Of a stretch of 64,000 bases of DNA, positions 46,299 to 55,964 are shown piece by piece (the stretch's first letter is position 1; each line of letters begins with the position of its first letter). Both the position numbers and the translations under genes were made by a program. The notes below the pieces were generated by a model, which worked only from the letters and a program-made list of their open reading frames with translations, was not told the origin of the DNA and did not search any database. The DNA is taken from the IMG/VR virus record IMGVR_UViG_3300050120_000230, positions 186,001 through 250,000 of that record; one strand, given 5' to 3'.

Positions 46299-46696
46299 GC
46301 GGTCGGCCTGATCCACGTATCGATGCCGCTGATCCGGCCATCTTCTGACGTGTTCACGTAGAGTTCGCCCGGCATGGCATTCGGAGCGCCCCTGTTAGGG
46401 TGCAGGAGCAGCACGAACTTCGTAATGGGGTTTCGGGCCGTTTCGAACGGCGAACGCCCCCTGATGGCCTCTGAAGCCTCTTCAGCGGTCATTCCAACGA
46501 GCTTTCCGAAGATCACTTGCGGCCGGGCGTCGAGAATCGCCTGAAGGCCCTGCTGCAAATCATTCGCATCGATCACTTCCATCGTTTCGCTTGAGCGCAT
46601 CCATTCGGCGCCGTGGTCATCTTCACCGAGCGTGATCGTCCGGCGGCACGAGCTAACAAGTTCCATCAGAGCTTCGACTGTGAGCGGCGTGGACAT
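46295..46696 (-). CDS. hypothetical protein
   Basis: GGAGG RBS; TTGACG-N16-TACTCT promoter at 46748-46721. Confidence 0.7.
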   Translation of the reverse strand: MSTPLTVEALMELVSSCRRTITLGEDDHGAEWMRSSETMEVIDANDLQQGLQAILDARPQVIFGKLVGMTAEEASEAIRGRSPFETARNPITKFVLLLHPNRGAPNAMPGELYVNTSEDGRISGIDTWIRPTA

Positions 46697-46810
46697 GCGG
46701 TGCCTCCTGTTGTTGAGCACAGAGTATCTTCGATCTCTATTTCGTCAACGAAAGAAATTGCTGAACAGTCATTAACCAATCTATGCTGACTCATATTTTA
46801 AGCATTTGCA

Positions 46811-47560
46811 TTGGCATTCATAGTGTTCATCAATAAGCTCCACGAGTATCCTACGCTTGACCGCACGACGGCCGCAGACGGAACCCGGTTCTACCTTGAC
46901 CCGAACAATGGTCAGCCGCTTCCCAGCGTGACCACCATCCTCTCGCATACTTCCGACAAGACTTTCTTGATCGAATGGCAAGCCCGCGTCGGTCAACGGA
47001 AAGCGGATGCGATCCGAGATGAGGCGGCGGCGCTTGGCACGCTTCTGCACACGCACATGGAATGCCATATCCAAGGCATTCCGCGCCCCGGTGGCAACAA
47101 CCTCGCCCGCCAGATGGCGACGAGGATGGCAGACACGGTGATCCGCGAAGCTTTCCCCAAGCTCGATGAGGTTTGGGGCTACGAAATCCCCTTGTGGTAT
47201 CCCGGCCTCTATGCCGGGACCACCGATCTCGTGGGTGTCTATGACGGAGCCCCGGCGATCATGGACTACAAAACGACCAAGAAGATGAAATCGCGTGACA
47301 AGATCACCGACTATTTCGATCAAACGGTGGCTTACTCACTAGCACACAACGAAGTGTTCGGAACGAACATCAGACGTGGTGTGATTTTCATGGTTGCTCG
47401 TGACCTTGAATACCAAACTTACGTGCTGGAAGGCGCTGAATATGATCGGCATGAAGCCTCCTTTCTCGACCGTGTCGGCCAATATTATGCGTCCAATCCC
47501 ACGGTGATGGAAGTTTCCGCTGGGTCCAAGACCGAACGAGTCACGCCGTCTGCGTCCTGA
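46811..47560 (+). CDS. PD-(D/E)XK exonuclease
   Basis: LPSVTTIL, GTLLH, E.PLWY, AGTTD, DYKT and Q..AY motifs. Confidence 0.88.
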   Translation: MAFIVFINKLHEYPTLDRTTAADGTRFYLDPNNGQPLPSVTTILSHTSDKTFLIEWQARVGQRKADAIRDEAAALGTLLHTHMECHIQGIPRPGGNNLARQMATRMADTVIREAFPKLDEVWGYEIPLWYPGLYAGTTDLVGVYDGAPAIMDYKTTKKMKSRDKITDYFDQTVAYSLAHNEVFGTNIRRGVIFMVARDLEYQTYVLEGAEYDRHEASFLDRVGQYYASNPTVMEVSAGSKTERVTPSAS

Positions 47561-47601
47561 CCGCATAAATACAGGACAAGATTGCGTAACGGATTTCGAT
47601 C

Positions 47602-48258
47602 ATGATTATCATCGTAGGCAAAGTGCAAGTTCGTCGAGACCCGCAAGCCCTGTTGCCGGGTGCTCCGATCTCGTCGAGCCCGCTTGCCTTCGGCCCCGGT
47701 CTCGACATCGGGGAACTGGGCTATGGTGAAGACACGGCTCGGCTTTTCATTGGCCACAGTCCGCAGACCGGTAATCCGAACTTCAATCGCACGGTCTTCC
47801 CGTATCAGAACGTCGAAGTCCTCACGGAAAACTCGCCGCGCAACGGCGAACTGTTCAGTCAATTCGTGCGCGATCAGGACCGGAATGACTTCTTCGTGCC
47901 GACCGTCATCCCGGCAAGCTATTCCGGCGCTCTGCTCTACACCGAATACGACGGTGGGATGGCGATCCCAACCATGCTGCGCGGTGCGGCCATCTCGGCG
48001 ACCATCGAATATCATGCCTTCCAGAACGACAGCCCGATCAAGCAGGGCATTGTTCGTATTTTCGGTGACGGCAATTTCACTCAAATCAGCGACACCGAAA
48101 ATCTCGTGAAGACCGGCGGGTCTCTGATCGATTTCTCGGTCAACGCTCGCAACACCGATAGCGAAGGCTATTTCTTCCAAATCAATGTGGTCAACCACAC
48201 TTCCACCCCGATCACTCTCTTGATCCGTCGCGCCATTCTCGTCGGACAATCTGCTTAA
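47602..48258 (+). CDS. probable virion (tail/baseplate-associated) protein
   Basis: TAAATA at 47566-71; IGELGYGEDTARLFIG motif typical of fibre/baseplate N-termini. Confidence 0.6.
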   Translation: MIIIVGKVQVRRDPQALLPGAPISSSPLAFGPGLDIGELGYGEDTARLFIGHSPQTGNPNFNRTVFPYQNVEVLTENSPRNGELFSQFVRDQDRNDFFVPTVIPASYSGALLYTEYDGGMAIPTMLRGAAISATIEYHAFQNDSPIKQGIVRIFGDGNFTQISDTENLVKTGGSLIDFSVNARNTDSEGYFFQINVVNHTSTPITLLIRRAILVGQSA

Positions 48259-48286
48259 TTTCCGTCCCTCTTAGCTCGGGCTAAAA

Positions 48287-48736
48287 ATGAACCCGTTCTT
48301 GATGTCGCCCCGACAATTGTTGGCCGACTGGAAGACTTTCCGAACCTCTTTGTCGGCGCTCCCCGAGGCCGAGCAACTTGATTCGGTTGCAGAATACTGG
48401 GCCAAGGCGCCGGTGAAGACGATGGCCTATGATCCCGAGGCGTTGGATACCTACCCCACGCCTTGGGAAATGATGGACGAGAACGACTGGTGCCGGAACT
48501 CCGTGGCCGTGGGCATGGATTTCACCCTGCGTTTGGCTGGCTGGTCCCCGGATCGCCTTCGCATCAAAATGATGCGTGACTACGACATTTCAGACCAAAA
48601 ACTCGTCGTCGAAATTGACGGCAACACCCTTCTTAACTACGATTATGGAATTGCAGTGGGTGTCCCGCAAACACGATTTGATATTCTTCAGACGTGGCGT
48701 TTTACGGGCAAGCATTACGAGAAAGTGGGCGGCTAA
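48287..48736 (+). CDS. conserved-looking phage protein
   Basis: 149 aa; YPTPWEM...WCRNS. Confidence 0.65.
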   Translation: MNPFLMSPRQLLADWKTFRTSLSALPEAEQLDSVAEYWAKAPVKTMAYDPEALDTYPTPWEMMDENDWCRNSVAVGMDFTLRLAGWSPDRLRIKMMRDYDISDQKLVVEIDGNTLLNYDYGIAVGVPQTRFDILQTWRFTGKHYEKVGG

Positions 48737-48771
48737 ATACCTCCCCAAAATCATTTCAGGACGTAAAAAAC

Positions 48772-51246
48772 ATGCAAGTTCGTAAGAGGAACGGCAGCTA
48801 TGAGGCTGTTGACCTAAACAAAATCGTCGGCTCTATTTCTCGTGTTTGTGCCGATCTCGGCGATCTCGACATTTTCAAGGTAGCTACCAAAACGGTTGGT
48901 GGTCTGGTGGACGGAGTTTCCACCCGAGAGCTTGATTTGCTCTCCATCCGTAACGCAGTCGGCCTCATCATCGAAGACCCGGTCTATTCCAAGGTCGCCG
49001 CCCGTCTTCTCTCGAACTTCATCATCAAGGAAATCGACGGACAAGATATCCAGTCGTTCTCTCAATCCATTCAAATTGGATACGAGCAGGGCCTCATCAA
49101 TCAACAGACCTACGATTTGGTCACCGCGAACAAGCGCAAGCTGAATGCCGCCATCCGCAACGAGCGTGATTGGCTGTTCGAGTTCCACGGTATCCAGACG
49201 GTCTACGACCGCTATCTCCTGAAGCACCCCACGCTCGTGCTGCTTGGTGACGATGGTAAGAAGTCCCGTGCGGTCATCGAGACCCCGCAATACTTCCTGA
49301 TGCGCGTGGCTTGCGGTCTGTGCAACGACGCGGCCGAAGCCGTCGAACTCTACAATCTGCTGTCCAGCCTCGAATATATGGCTTCGACGCCGACCCTGTT
49401 CAATTCGGGCACGGTCCACAGCCAAATGTCGTCCTGCTATCTGCTCGATAGCCCGCTCGACAGCCTCGAAGACATCTACAAGCGTTACAGCGACATTGCG
49501 GCGCTCTCGAAGTTCGCCGGTGGTATTGGCGTTGCCGCCAGCCGCATTCGGTCGAAGGGCCGCCACATCAAAGGGACCAACGGCAAGTCCAATGGTCTCG
49601 TGCCGTGGCTGCATACCCTCTCCGGTTCAGTCGCCGCCGTCAATCAAGGTGGCAAGCGCAAGGGCGCGGCCTGCGTCTATCTTGAGACCCATCACCCGGA
49701 CATCATGCAGTTCCTCGAACTGCGAGACAACACCGGTGAGAAGGAGCAGCGCGCCTACAACCTGAACCTCGCGAACTGGGTGCCCGACCTGTTCATGAAG
49801 CGCGTTCAGGAAGATGGCCTGTGGTCTTTGATCGACCCGTCCGTGGCGCCGGAACTCACCGATCTCTACGGCGACGAATATGAAGCCCGAGTGCTTGAGA
49901 TCGAACGTGACGGGTTGTTCGTCGAACAAATCCCCGCCCGGAAACTCTACGGTCGCATGATGCGGACGTTGGCGGAAACCGGCAACGGCTGGATGTGCTT
50001 CAAGGACACGTCCAATCGTCGGGGTAATCAGGTCGGCGAAGGTGGCATGATCCACCTGTCGAACCTCTGCACCGAAATCCTCGAAATTACGTCCTCCGGC
50101 AAGCGCACCAATTTGTCGCGCACGGAAATGCTGGGAACTTCTGCCTCCGATCTGATCGAGAAAAACGTTCGCGTCACCGGGTTCGATCCGAAGTCCGACA
50201 CCTTCGAAGCCATTCAAGGCATGGAGACAGCGGTCTGCAATCTCGGTTCGATCAACGCCGGGCGTGGATACGTGAAGAACGGCAAGCTGAACGTCGAGAA
50301 GCTGCACAAGAACGTCGCCACCGCGATCAAATATCTGGACCGCGTCATCGACCGCAATTTCTACCCGATCCAAGAAGCCGAATCGTCCAACATGCGTTGG
50401 CGGCCGGTGGGTCTGGGCCTGATGGGTCTGGCTGATCTCTTCTTCCAACTGCGTCTGCCGTTCGAGAGCGACGAAGCTATCGAACTGTCGGCCACGATTC
50501 AGGAAGAAATCTACTACCAAGCTCTGAAGACTTCCAACGAACTGGCGAAAGCCTATGGCGCTCACCGTGATTTCAACCTCACGCGCGCCGCCAAGGGCGA
50601 TCTGCAATTTGATCTGGCAGGTGTCAAACCGAAAGACATGACTCGCTGGGACGCTTTGAAGGCGGACATCAAGGAGCACGGTCTTCGAAACTCGCTGGTG
50701 ATCGCCATCGCGCCCACCGCGACTATCGCGCACATCACCGGTGTCGAAGAATGCATTGAGCCGATCAAGTCGAACCTGCTCAAGCGCGAAACCCTCTCGG
50801 GAGAGTTCATCGCGATCAACCGCTATCTGGTTGACGATCTGAAGAAACTCGGCCGATGGGACGCAGAAGCGATCAACCTGCTGAAGCGCGACGAAGGGTC
50901 CATGCAGAAAATTCCGGGCCTGCCGGAAGAATTGTATGCACTCTACAAGACGGTTTGGGAGATCAGTCAAAAGAAGGTGATCGAACACGGCGCCGCCCGT
51001 GGCGCCTTCATCGATCAATCCCAATCGTTGAACACTTTCATCGACTTGAACAAATACCCCGAAGACAAGCGTATCGGAGTCCTTTCCTCTCTCTATATGT
51101 ATGCATGGGAAAAGGGTCTGAAGACCACATACTACTTCCGCAGTCGCTCGGGTTCTCGCATTGAGAAAGTCACCGTCTCTGGCACGACTTCCGTGGTGCC
51201 TGCCATGGCGGCCGAAGAACCGGAAATCTGCGAAAGCTGCACTTAA
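48772..51246 (+). CDS. nrdA: class Ia ribonucleotide reductase alpha subunit with ATP cone
   Basis: VRKRNGS ATP cone, TPTLFN, SSCYL, SNLCTEI, AVCNLGS, APTA, KTTYY and C-terminal CESC. Confidence 0.97.
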   Translation: MQVRKRNGSYEAVDLNKIVGSISRVCADLGDLDIFKVATKTVGGLVDGVSTRELDLLSIRNAVGLIIEDPVYSKVAARLLSNFIIKEIDGQDIQSFSQSIQIGYEQGLINQQTYDLVTANKRKLNAAIRNERDWLFEFHGIQTVYDRYLLKHPTLVLLGDDGKKSRAVIETPQYFLMRVACGLCNDAAEAVELYNLLSSLEYMASTPTLFNSGTVHSQMSSCYLLDSPLDSLEDIYKRYSDIAALSKFAGGIGVAASRIRSKGRHIKGTNGKSNGLVPWLHTLSGSVAAVNQGGKRKGAACVYLETHHPDIMQFLELRDNTGEKEQRAYNLNLANWVPDLFMKRVQEDGLWSLIDPSVAPELTDLYGDEYEARVLEIERDGLFVEQIPARKLYGRMMRTLAETGNGWMCFKDTSNRRGNQVGEGGMIHLSNLCTEILEITSSGKRTNLSRTEMLGTSASDLIEKNVRVTGFDPKSDTFEAIQGMETAVCNLGSINAGRGYVKNGKLNVEKLHKNVATAIKYLDRVIDRNFYPIQEAESSNMRWRPVGLGLMGLADLFFQLRLPFESDEAIELSATIQEEIYYQALKTSNELAKAYGAHRDFNLTRAAKGDLQFDLAGVKPKDMTRWDALKADIKEHGLRNSLVIAIAPTATIAHITGVEECIEPIKSNLLKRETLSGEFIAINRYLVDDLKKLGRWDAEAINLLKRDEGSMQKIPGLPEELYALYKTVWEISQKKVIEHGAARGAFIDQSQSLNTFIDLNKYPEDKRIGVLSSLYMYAWEKGLKTTYYFRSRSGSRIEKVTVSGTTSVVPAMAAEEPEICESCT

Positions 51247-51289
51247 AGGCTCGCTTGACCACCGTGACCCTTGCTCGCATAGTGTGAGG

Positions 51290-51567
51290 GTCACGGCGAC
51301 GTTGACGGTCGGTATTAAGGTTCAGCAGTTCGGGCAGCCCGCCCCCGCTTGAAGCCCAGAAAGCTGAGCACCAAAACTTACCCGAGTCGGGTGGTAGTGT
51401 CTTCTTTAGGCATCGGAAACGGTGTCACCGTAATCGCGAGTCGGCAGGCTGTGGATAATGCTTCCACGGATAAGGGTGAAGGTGCTGTAGGGACCGGGAG
51501 CTAAACCGGGCCGTGATTCGATGGTAGGATCGAAATGGGAAGGGCCGTCCGAAAGGGCGGCCCTTTT
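51290..51567 (+). ncRNA. candidate structured non-coding RNA (~275 nt) between nrdA and nrdB
   Basis: TTGACC-N17-CATAGT promoter (51255-83); multiple stems; GAAA-capped terminator 51540-67. Confidence 0.5.
51540..51567 (+). terminator. intrinsic terminator
   Basis: AAGGGCCGTCC-GAAA-GGGCGGCCCTT followed by TT. Confidence 0.85.
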
Positions 51568-51722
51568 CGTCACAAACATATTGAGATTCATCCGAGGGAT
51601 TCCGTAGGATGCATCATGGTAAACGATAATATCTCGTCCTCCTAAAGCCACTCAACCTGAGCCGTATTACCGGTTCTGGGGCACCTAAATACTCGCTCAT
51701 AATACTGCATTAGGAGAATATT

Positions 51723-52742
51723 TTGTCCGATTCTCAACACAACCTGCTGACGCCGGGTTTCGATCTCACGCTGCGTCCGATGAAATACCCCCAATTTTAC
51801 GATGCCTTCGTCAAGGCCCAAGACAACAACTGGACGGTTCAGGAAATCTCGTTCGGAACCGACATCGCCGATCTTCGTGAAAAGCTTACGCCCGGCGAAC
51901 GACACATCGTGTCCCGCCTCGTGGCATTCTTCGCTACCGGAGACTCCATCGTCGGCAACAATGCCGCGCTCACGCTCTACAAGCATGTGAACAGCCCGGA
52001 AGCCCGCCTCTATTACAGCCGCCAGATTTACGAAGAGGCGCTGCACGTCCAATTTTATCTGACGCTTCTCGACAACTACGTCACCGACCACGCCGAGCGT
52101 GCGGAAATGTTCGACGCCATCAACAACATCCCGAGCGTCAAGGCCAAGGCCGAGTGGACGTTCAAGTGGATGGATCAAATGAACGCCATCGACATCATCG
52201 AGACGGACGAACAGCGCAAGACATTCCTTATGAACCTGTTGGCGTTCACGATGGGCGTCGAGGGTCTCTTCTTCTACGCAGCGTTCGCATACGTCTACTA
52301 CCTGCGCGACCGTGGCCTCCTGCATGGACTGGCATCCGGTACGAACTGGGTGTTCCGCGACGAGTCGTGGCACATGCGATTCGGTTTCATGATCGTGGAT
52401 ACGATCCGCAAAGAGATGCCCCACCTGTGGGACGCGGATATGGAAGCCCGCGTCTACGCGATGGTTGAGGAAGCAATTCGCTGCGAGATGATGTTCGCGG
52501 AAGACGTGCTGTCGGTCGGCGCCATGGGCCTCAGCCTGAAGGACATGGAGGAATATCTTCGTTTCGTGGCCGATGGCCATCTGCGTCGTCTGGGCATGGC
52601 TCCTGCCTACAATGCGACATGCCCCTTCGACTTCATGCTGAAACAGGATGTGCAGGCGCTCACAAGTTTCTTCGAACGCACGGTGGCGGAATACACCGTG
52701 GGGATCGGCGGCGAAGTCGATCTGAAAGTCGAGGATTGGTGA
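51723..52742 (+). CDS. nrdB: class Ia ribonucleotide reductase beta subunit
   Basis: TGD, EALHVQFY (radical Tyr), VEGLFF and DESWH; TTG start with GGAG; TAAATA at 51686. Confidence 0.96.
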   Translation: MSDSQHNLLTPGFDLTLRPMKYPQFYDAFVKAQDNNWTVQEISFGTDIADLREKLTPGERHIVSRLVAFFATGDSIVGNNAALTLYKHVNSPEARLYYSRQIYEEALHVQFYLTLLDNYVTDHAERAEMFDAINNIPSVKAKAEWTFKWMDQMNAIDIIETDEQRKTFLMNLLAFTMGVEGLFFYAAFAYVYYLRDRGLLHGLASGTNWVFRDESWHMRFGFMIVDTIRKEMPHLWDADMEARVYAMVEEAIRCEMMFAEDVLSVGAMGLSLKDMEEYLRFVADGHLRRLGMAPAYNATCPFDFMLKQDVQALTSFFERTVAEYTVGIGGEVDLKVEDW

Positions 52743-53041
52743 TGACGGAAGAATTCGAGATCGATCTCGCAGACATTCCCAACATGGAAATTCCAGATAC
52801 GGAAGCCTTGGGCTGGGTTCTCGATCTCCCTTTGGGAAGCGTGGGCAGTCTGGTTGACAGGGAATTGGTGCTTTCTGAAGACGTGCAAGAATGGATGGAT
52901 ATCAACATCCGTGACCGATATTGGATTTTCAATCGGTTCGCCGCCGCCTTTGTATATCTAAGCACTCTTAACAGTATGCCCATCGAATTTAATTTCACGT
53001 CGGAGCGCGACTACATCGCCTTCAAGATGCGGTGGTCATGA
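52742..53041 (+). CDS. hypothetical protein, FKL-motif family
   Basis: ends FNFTSERDYIAFKMRWS. Confidence 0.7.
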   Translation: MTEEFEIDLADIPNMEIPDTEALGWVLDLPLGSVGSLVDRELVLSEDVQEWMDINIRDRYWIFNRFAAAFVYLSTLNSMPIEFNFTSERDYIAFKMRWS

Positions 53042-53370
53042 TGGACGATGAAATCCCGAAAGACATCGTCGATCTATACGTGGACGGTTTCGGCGCGGAC
53101 ATGGAAGTCCCCGATAGCGAGCCCATCGCCGGGTGGATGCTCATCGTCCCTCCTAATAGCGGGGCATTCGGTTTTTACCCGGTTGGATCGTTCGATAAGA
53201 ACGGCCGCCGCCGCCTTCAGCGTGGCCATGATCTCACCCCTGAAGCCGAGGAATGGGCCGAAATGAACCTACGTCATCGGTATTGGGTGCTTGGTGATGG
53301 GGCATTGGGGATGGAAGTGTATTTCACCGATGAGCATGACTACATCTATTTCAAGATGCGTTACGGCTGA
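53038..53370 (+). CDS. hypothetical protein, FKL-motif family; paralog of the upstream gene
   Basis: MEVPD..P..GW...RYW...VYFTDEHDYIYFKMRYG. Confidence 0.7.
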   Translation: MMDDEIPKDIVDLYVDGFGADMEVPDSEPIAGWMLIVPPNSGAFGFYPVGSFDKNGRRRLQRGHDLTPEAEEWAEMNLRHRYWVLGDGALGMEVYFTDEHDYIYFKMRYG

Positions 53371-53564
53371 GCCGAGTATAGGCAAGTATTTGCCTCCACC
53401 TAGACAGTAATTCCATACCGTCGATCTAATTGTTTACAAACAACAAAATCGAATACTGCAATATCAAAGTTCTGGCGTTGTTCTCTACATGTGATATAAT
53501 AGTCATATGCCGTGGGAACACTCCACGTCTTGATCTTTGATAATTGAAAAGGTATGTGCACACC

Positions 53565-53963
53565 ATGGAAAAACAGTCCAAGCACACCAAACTCATCACC
53601 ATGCGCTTGCTCAAGGGGCTTCTTACCTACGAGCAGGCGCGGGACGCTCTGGACAACCCGGAGAAGTTCAAGGCTGAAGAGAAGCGGAAATCTCTTTTGA
53701 AGAATCGCGCAGATGGACAGGCTTGGCCCGGCCGTTATCGCTGGGCCGGTAAAATCCGCACCGCTCGGATGAACGTTGGCTACTGTTGGATGATGAAACG
53801 CAACAAAGCTGGCTATTTTCTGGGCTGGCGAGAGACCTACGACACCAAAGGCGCTTTGATCGAAAGGGATCAATTTGTCGCACGAAAGTCAAAGAAACGC
53901 CTTTCCTTGCTCCAAAAGCGACGGACTGAGGCGCTAAAGAGCAAAAAATCGGTGGCTACTTAA
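53565..53963 (+). CDS. basic hypothetical protein
   Basis: K/R-rich, 132 aa; start uncertain. Confidence 0.6.
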   Translation: MEKQSKHTKLITMRLLKGLLTYEQARDALDNPEKFKAEEKRKSLLKNRADGQAWPGRYRWAGKIRTARMNVGYCWMMKRNKAGYFLGWRETYDTKGALIERDQFVARKSKKRLSLLQKRRTEALKSKKSVAT

Positions 53964-54119
53964 GCGATCAAGGAAAAGCGGCAACGGGGTTAATTTCCTG
54001 TTGTCGCTTTTTCGCGCTTAGGTTGGAGAAATCTCGTTGACGAAACCATTTTTTTCCTATTTGATCCGGTCATGCGCTCAGTAGTGAGCCGCAAGGACCA
54101 ATTCAGGGGATACGCCAAG

Positions 54120-54869
54120 ATGGCGCCAGCTAAGGGTAAAGGTTTCCTCGGAAACCTCGCAGACAAGATCAGCCACGAACTGCTCGAAGATGACGGTTCG
54201 GCTCCCAAGAGCACATCGGCCGCGACTGCCGCTCCGGCTCCCGCGCCTGCACCGGCTCCCACGAGCTATATGCCCGGCGTCTCCGGTCCCGCACCCACGG
54301 TTGCTTCCGGCACCATGCCCTATACCTTTGGGACGGGCGGCGTGACTGGTGCTCCCGAACCGCTGGACCCCAAGGCTCTCGAAGCCGTGCAAGCTGGTGT
54401 GTTCACCAATATCGGCAACCAGCCCTCTCGCTATCTTCTGTTCATGAAGATGTATGAGAACCTCGGCAAGCCCGCCGACCTCACCGTTCCGCTTCATGCC
54501 CTTCAGGTCATGGACCCGTCGCTGACGGCGGCGGCCATCCTGCAAGACATCCAAGCGCACCTGAAGATGCTGGACGATGTCGAGACCAAGGCGGGCACCG
54601 ATCTCGACGGCGCCGCCTCCGATGTTCTGGGCGGGGCCGACAAGCAGATCGCCGATCTGCAAGCCGCCAACGTCAACGCTCAAAGCGAGATCGAGCGTCA
54701 CCAAAAGGAAATGGCCGAACGGATCGGCCAGATCACGCAACTGCAAACGCAACGTGCGAACGACGACGCCAACATCAGCCGCGCCAAGGCTCACACGGCG
54801 GCGGCGGTCAGCGTCGTGCGGTCGCAACTGCAAAGTATGCAGACCACCTTCTCCAACCTCCCCGCCTAA
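54120..54869 (+). CDS. coiled-coil protein, first gene of the ABC locus
   Basis: AGGGG RBS; Pro/Ala linker then long heptad region. Confidence 0.75.
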   Translation: MAPAKGKGFLGNLADKISHELLEDDGSAPKSTSAATAAPAPAPAPAPTSYMPGVSGPAPTVASGTMPYTFGTGGVTGAPEPLDPKALEAVQAGVFTNIGNQPSRYLLFMKMYENLGKPADLTVPLHALQVMDPSLTAAAILQDIQAHLKMLDDVETKAGTDLDGAASDVLGGADKQIADLQAANVNAQSEIERHQKEMAERIGQITQLQTQRANDDANISRAKAHTAAAVSVVRSQLQSMQTTFSNLPA

Positions 54870-54884
54870 ACCGGACCCACACCC

Positions 54885-55904
54885 ATGCCCCAAGAAGCAA
54901 CTACGTGGCATCCGCCACAGGAAAAGATCGTCTCGCGTCTGTTTACGGGCGCTTCGATTTTCGCAGTCGTCGTCGGCGCCTCGTTGGTCATCAAGACCTT
55001 CGTGCCGACCATCAGTGATGCGTTGGCCCTGCTGCAAAAGCTGCTGGCCAATACGATCACCACGGCGATCACGGCGGGCGCCTTGGCGGCCACCCTATGG
55101 GTTCTCTATGAGACCTTCAGCCCCAAGGGCAAGATCAACGGCCTCTTCGCGCAAGCCTATTCGAGCTTCATCCACAACATCACGCTCGAACTGCTGAATG
55201 TCGATCCGATGTCGCCGCTGAAGGACAGCCTCGCCGCCGTCCAGAAGAAGAAGGCGTACTACGACGAGCAGTTCGCCGTGTTCGACGGTCAGATTTCCAA
55301 GCTGAACGAGTCCATCAACACGTTCACGGACAAGGCGAAGAAGTCGGAAAGCCGCGCCAAGGCCGCGCAAACGCAAGGCAACAAGACGGCCTTCGATCAG
55401 GCCGCCTATGAATCCGGCAGCGCCCGCGAAACCGCCGACGATCTCGCCAAGATGGCGGCCCGTCTGATTACGGTTCGCACCGTGATCGTGCGTCTGCAAG
55501 ACGCGGCCAACGATCTGATCTACAAGCTCGGCATCGACATCGAGTCCACGCAGATTCGCTGGGACACGGCCAAGAGCATGAGCGGCATCGAGGGCGCGGC
55601 GCGCAGCATCATCTCTTCCGGCGGCAAGAGCGATCTGGCCAAGGAAGCGCAAGCCATCGTCCAGTCGAAGTATGCCGTCGCCATCGGCCGCCTCGAAAAC
55701 CTGAACGATACGGCGATGCCCCTGCTGAACAGCATGGACATGGACAAGGCGACCTACAGCCAAGAACTCTTGGACAAGTGGGATGCCGAAGATCATTCGC
55801 CCATCGCGATCCCGATGACCGCTACCATTCTGGCCCCCGGCCAGTTGGCGGCGCCCGCTGCTGCTCAGGGTTCCAATTTCCGCGACCTGATCGGCCGTCA
55901 ATAA
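54885..55904 (+). CDS. 2-TM membrane protein with long coiled coil (PspA/IM30-reminiscent)
   Basis: two N-terminal TM helices; about 200-aa helical region. Confidence 0.7.
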   Translation: MPQEATTWHPPQEKIVSRLFTGASIFAVVVGASLVIKTFVPTISDALALLQKLLANTITTAITAGALAATLWVLYETFSPKGKINGLFAQAYSSFIHNITLELLNVDPMSPLKDSLAAVQKKKAYYDEQFAVFDGQISKLNESINTFTDKAKKSESRAKAAQTQGNKTAFDQAAYESGSARETADDLAKMAARLITVRTVIVRLQDAANDLIYKLGIDIESTQIRWDTAKSMSGIEGAARSIISSGGKSDLAKEAQAIVQSKYAVAIGRLENLNDTAMPLLNSMDMDKATYSQELLDKWDAEDHSPIAIPMTATILAPGQLAAPAAAQGSNFRDLIGRQ

Positions 55905-55964
55905 AACTGCGGAACGTTTTCACCCCGACCTACCATCGGAAAAACAAAGAATAGGAGCAGCCAC

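Noticed and set aside
1425-51246. Inteins in UvsW, DnaB or NrdA
   Set aside because: Protein lengths are normal; no intein splicing motifs or LAGLIDADG blocks
51247-51722. Group I intron or homing endonuclease at the nrdA/nrdB junction
   Set aside because: Both genes are uninterrupted; no recognisable P7 core sequences and no nuclease ORF
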